This document shows positions 17,371 through 21,025 of a stretch of DNA of 21,025 nt, piece by piece. The notes under the pieces are model-generated. The model saw nothing but the letters and a program-made list of their open reading frames with translations, did no database searches and was not told the origin of the DNA. The translations under genes were made by a program, and so were the position numbers. Position 1 is the stretch's first letter, and each line of letters opens with the position of its first letter. The DNA lies in contig JADGIF010000096.1 of the NCBI GenBank assembly GCA_018985225.1, positions 1 through 21,025 on the forward strand, read 5' to 3'. Origin of the DNA: Amoeboradix gromovi X-113. Taxonomy: Eukaryota; Fungi; Sanchytriomycota.

Positions 17371-19005
17371 ATGTCAGCACCAGTCGTTGTCATCAATACA
17401 GGAACAGAAAGAACCAAAGGCAGAAAAGCCCAATTGTCTTGTATTCAAGCTAGTAGCGCAGTTGCTTCAATTGTCAAAACATGTCTAGGACCTAAAGCCA
17501 TGTTGAAAATGCTGCTTGATCCAATGGGCAATGTTGTCCTCACTAATGATGGAAATGCTATCCTTCGTGAATGTGAAGTTACCCATCCTGCAGCTAAAAG
17601 CATCATTGAGCTAGCTCGAACTCAGGATGATGAAGTTGGGGATGGCACTACCTCTGTTATAGTGCTAGCTAATGAGCTCCTCCAACAAGCGCAGCAACAC
17701 CTCAAGTTTCATCCTATTGTTATAATCAATGCTTATAGAATGGCTCTTGAAGATTCTTTGTCATTTTTAGATAAAATTGCTTCACCCTTAGATTTGAATA
17801 ACGTCGATAAATGTCATCAAATAATCCGATCTACAATTGGAACAAAGTTTGGTAACAGATATTCTAAGCTTATTTGTGATGTTACTTGGTCTGCTGTTAA
17901 TATAGTCAAAGAAACTGTTTATGGCTCTACTGTAGTTGACATTAAGAGATTTATCCGCATAGAAAAGGTACCTGGAGGCTCTCTTGGAGACTCTAAACTT
18001 CTCAAAGGCGTGTTACTCAACAAGGATGTCACTCATCCTAAGATGAGAAGAGAAATTAAGAATCCTAGAATTGTCTTGTTGGATTGTACTTTGGAATACA
18101 AAAAGGGAGAGTCGCAAACTAACATTGAAATCAGCAAGGAAGCAGATTGGAAGAAATATTTGGAAATCGAGGAAGAACAAATTAAGAAAATTTGTGATGC
18201 GATTATAAAGGTCAACCCAGATGTTGTCATAACTGAGAAAGGTGTCAGTGATCTGGCTCAGCATTATTTATTGCAACACAACATTACAGCTATTCGAAGA
18301 GTTAAGAAATCAGACAACTTAAGATTACAGCGTGTTTGCGGTGCTCGCATTGTTAATAGACCGGAAGAGTTGGTAGAATCAGATGTTGGGTTGAACTGTA
18401 AGCTTTTCAAGGTAACCCAGATCGGTGAGGAGTATTTTACTTTCATTGACGAATGCATAAACCTGAAAGCATGTACCATCATGTTGCGTGGTCCCGCAAA
18501 GGACATTATCAATGAATTTGAGAGAAACTTACAGGATGCTCTCTGCGTAGCTCGTAATATCATATTAGATCCGTTTTTATGCCCAGGAGGAGGAGCTACG
18601 GAGATTGCGTTATCAGTTGAGTTGGCTGCCAAAGCAAGTACAGTGGAAGGAACTGAACAATATCCATACGCAAGTGTAGCAGAAGCATTAGAGGTAATTC
18701 CAAAGATATTAGCATCTAATTCGGGAGCGAAACCGATTCAAATTACAAGTGAATTAAAGAGCAAGTACACTGCTGGAGAGCATGTAGGGTTTGACGGTAA
18801 TTTGAATAAAGTGGTTTCCAGTGAAGATTTAGGAGTGTGGGAGCCTAAGGGAGTAAAGGTACAGACTTTAAAGACAGCCGTTGAAGCTACATGTATGCTA
18901 CTAAGAGTAGATGATATTGTAAGTGGGATTAGCAAGAAGGTGAAGGGAAATCCATCTGTCGAGGAGAATGAGGCAGCAATGGAGGCGGCGCAAAATGAGC
19001 AGTAG
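17371..19005 (+). CDS. CCT3: Chaperonin CCT/TRiC gamma subunit
   Basis: TCLGPKAMLKMLLDPMG, GDGTTS, NKDVTHPKMRR, LEYKKGESQTNIEI. True start MSAPVVV at 17371. Confidence 0.96.
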   Translation: MSAPVVVINTGTERTKGRKAQLSCIQASSAVASIVKTCLGPKAMLKMLLDPMGNVVLTNDGNAILRECEVTHPAAKSIIELARTQDDEVGDGTTSVIVLANELLQQAQQHLKFHPIVIINAYRMALEDSLSFLDKIASPLDLNNVDKCHQIIRSTIGTKFGNRYSKLICDVTWSAVNIVKETVYGSTVVDIKRFIRIEKVPGGSLGDSKLLKGVLLNKDVTHPKMRREIKNPRIVLLDCTLEYKKGESQTNIEISKEADWKKYLEIEEEQIKKICDAIIKVNPDVVITEKGVSDLAQHYLLQHNITAIRRVKKSDNLRLQRVCGARIVNRPEELVESDVGLNCKLFKVTQIGEEYFTFIDECINLKACTIMLRGPAKDIINEFERNLQDALCVARNIILDPFLCPGGGATEIALSVELAAKASTVEGTEQYPYASVAEALEVIPKILASNSGAKPIQITSELKSKYTAGEHVGFDGNLNKVVSSEDLGVWEPKGVKVQTLKTAVEATCMLLRVDDIVSGISKKVKGNPSVEENEAAMEAAQNEQ

Positions 19006-19092
19006 ATAATTGAGATCAATAAATTCATTACTGAAAAAACACTGCAACAAGCATAATCTTTGTGTGACAAAAAAGTTTCAAAGGTGGCTTGA

Positions 19093-19539
19093 ATGTTATA
19101 TTTTCTACTAGTGATAAATCGTCAAGGGAAAACACGACTAAGTAAGTTTTATACACCCATTGAGAATGAAGAGAAGTATACATTGACACAAGAAGTCCAA
19201 AAAACTGTAGCACCAAGAGATGCTAAAACGCAGAGTAATTTCGTAGAATTCCAGTGGAGACCAAATCATACAATCAAGTTGATATACAAGAGATATGCTG
19301 GTTTGTTCTTTGTAATTGGGGTAGAAAAGGATGCAAACGAGTTATCTGTACTAGAAATGATTCACTTTTTTGTAGAAACTTTAGATCAGTTTTTTGGAAA
19401 TGTATGTGAATTAGATCTGATATTCAATTTCTACAAGGTTTATCATGTACTTGATGAGGTATTTCTTGGAGGAGAATTGCAAGAAATGTCACGGCCATTG
19501 ATTTTAGCTCGATTAAGTCAGTTATCAAAACTGCAGTAA
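19093..19539 (+). CDS. APS2: AP-2 adaptor complex sigma subunit
   Basis: NRQGKTRL, RDAKTQSNFVEF, YKRYAGLFF, NVCELDLIFNFYKVY...DEVFLGGE. Confidence 0.9.
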   Translation: MLYFLLVINRQGKTRLSKFYTPIENEEKYTLTQEVQKTVAPRDAKTQSNFVEFQWRPNHTIKLIYKRYAGLFFVIGVEKDANELSVLEMIHFFVETLDQFFGNVCELDLIFNFYKVYHVLDEVFLGGELQEMSRPLILARLSQLSKLQ

Positions 19540-19567
19540 AAAATTGTGTCCATTGTAACTATAATAT

Positions 19568-19813
19568 TTATTTAACAAGGCCGCCTAGCATCTCGTTGTC
19601 CCGTTTTACATTTTGAATTGTTGTGAATCCGTCACGTAGATATACATCCAAGTATTTCGACAGGTTTTTTCCACCGTAGCCAATACAGCTTAAAAAGGTT
19701 ATCGGGTATTCGTAAAGAACCTCATCGCTCAGGTTCTTCACCAATACATACTTTCTCAAATTTTCAGTTTTTCCTTTAACTTGTGAAATGCGATATACCT
19801 CTTCGTGACTCAT
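19568..19813 (-). CDS. Hypothetical 81-aa protein
   Basis: ATG-initiated ORF filling the gap between genes; AATAAA overlaps the stop; no motif recognised. Confidence 0.5.
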   Translation of the reverse strand: MSHEEVYRISQVKGKTENLRKYVLVKNLSDEVLYEYPITFLSCIGYGGKNLSKYLDVYLRDGFTTIQNVKRDNEMLGGLVK

Positions 19814-19993
19814 CTAAAATACTTCAGAACCCTGCTTAAGTATTTCTGGGTTTAATTAGCAAGCACGCTCAAGCACAAAATTTCATTTCAGCATAGATTA
19901 AACCAATCAGTAATTGTGGTGAAGCAAAATCTTGAATTTTAAATTAAGAGCTTTGTGGAGGTCCCCTTAAATTTACTTGAACGAGTTTATTAA

Positions 19994-20590
19994 TTAAATC
20001 ACATAAGGAATGAGATAGTTGGTCTGGCTTTTATAATTCGCAAAATCTTTTCCAAATTCCTCTTTCAAGGCTGACTCTTCGTTTCTAATTCGAAATGGAA
20101 GTCCAATGAAGGCTAATGATTCAATCAAATATCCAACTGTAGACATATGCAGTAGAATCGATAATCCAATCAACGCTAAGAGAAATCCAGCATAAGAGGG
20201 ATGGCGGATCTTTTTATAAGGACCATGAGTGACTAACTTGTGGTTTTCTTTAATGCTGACTTGGGCAGTGAATAAGTCCTTCAATGTGTCAAAGGCTGCA
20301 TATCTTAGCTGTGTTCCAAATACGATCATAATCACAGCTATCAAGTCCATAAAATCCAAGGAGGATGTGAAGGGATTCTCAGCTATTGTCCATGGCACTC
20401 TATTTGCACAGAGCAATACGTAAGTCAATGACATTCCAACAAAATATGTCAAGATACTGGCCTTGATCATTTTTTTGCTCATATATTGTTCCTTGTTACC
20501 GCTGCCGTATCCTCCTGGTGCTTTCCATATCAAACTTGAGTACAAAAATAAACCCAAGAACAAGAGATGTTTAAAAAGTAGCTGAGGCAT
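19994..20590 (-). CDS. Isoprenylcysteine carboxyl methyltransferase (ICMT/Ste14) family membrane protein
   Basis: HKLVTHGPYKKIRHPSYAG, RIRNEESALKEEFG...Y...LIP. Confidence 0.88.
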   Translation of the reverse strand: MPQLLFKHLLFLGLFLYSSLIWKAPGGYGSGNKEQYMSKKMIKASILTYFVGMSLTYVLLCANRVPWTIAENPFTSSLDFMDLIAVIMIVFGTQLRYAAFDTLKDLFTAQVSIKENHKLVTHGPYKKIRHPSYAGFLLALIGLSILLHMSTVGYLIESLAFIGLPFRIRNEESALKEEFGKDFANYKSQTNYLIPYVI

Positions 20591-20792
20591 TAAAGATCGA
20601 CCTGCGTTTTCACTTTATACTCGGTTTATAAATTTTAGAGAAACCTGGGAGTTAGAGTGCCACATTTTCATATCTGATTCACGCTCTAAAAAAACAAGCA
20701 ACTCATTGAAAAATACCTTAACTAGAGATCTAATCAAGTACAATTGTGCAATAATTTATTTCCTGTGTTATGATCTAGAATGGCTGATTTTA

Positions 20793-21025
20793 CAGCTGGG
20801 ACATCAAATATAAAAACTGGACCAACTTTCTGTAACAACTTGGAACATTATTTAAGAGGCGAGTGGACATTTAGCTAGTTGCGGAGTTGACGAGTATAGA
20901 AGGAAAATAAATAACTTTTTGTATCGAAATTTCAGAAATAAATATTCTGTACAGCTATTCTCTTACTCTTTCATCCAATCTTTATTTCAAATAAAATATC
21001 ACTATTACACTTCAAAGAAATAGAT
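20793..21025. mobile_element. Tc1/mariner-like MITE, copy 3 (truncated by window end)
   Basis: TA|cagctgggacatcaaatataaaaactgg..., near-identical to 2629-2830 apart from ~30 extra nt bounded by aaataaata. Confidence 0.9.

Noticed and set aside
4356-20423. Numerous short antisense or alternate-frame ORFs inside real genes (e.g. 4356-4736, 8613-8954, 13927-14283, 18264-18632)
   Set aside because: Shadows of well-supported CDSs with no recognisable motifs.

Overview
AT-rich, very gene-dense eukaryotic DNA read with the standard code, most consistent with a reduced early-diverging fungus or close holomycotan (inference from WAVE/SCAR, a fungal-type AP-2 sigma, kexin and a fused LKR-SDH). The first ~3.1 kb is a nest of mobile-element debris: a 77-bp perfect inverted repeat (1-77 / 1615-1691), a 7/11-residue repeat coiled-coil gene split by a solo LTR with a 5-bp TSD, a TnpB/Fanzor C-terminal relic whose structured 3' end (candidate omegaRNA scaffold) recurs ~400 bp downstream with a different flank, and a Tc1/mariner-type MITE (3 copies plus a solo TIR in the window). 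The rest is housekeeping genes: 7TM protein, double-SH3 protein, AASS, MCM5, RGS, C2H2 zinc finger, PH-like, kexin, WAVE, CCT3, AP-2 sigma and an ICMT-like protein. The most striking signal is ultra-short GT-AG introns (19, 19, 22 and tentatively 17 nt), all non-3n and all with an A exactly 6 nt from the 3' end. Removing the first three restores conserved domains, and the 22-nt one reveals a gene the ORF track missed.
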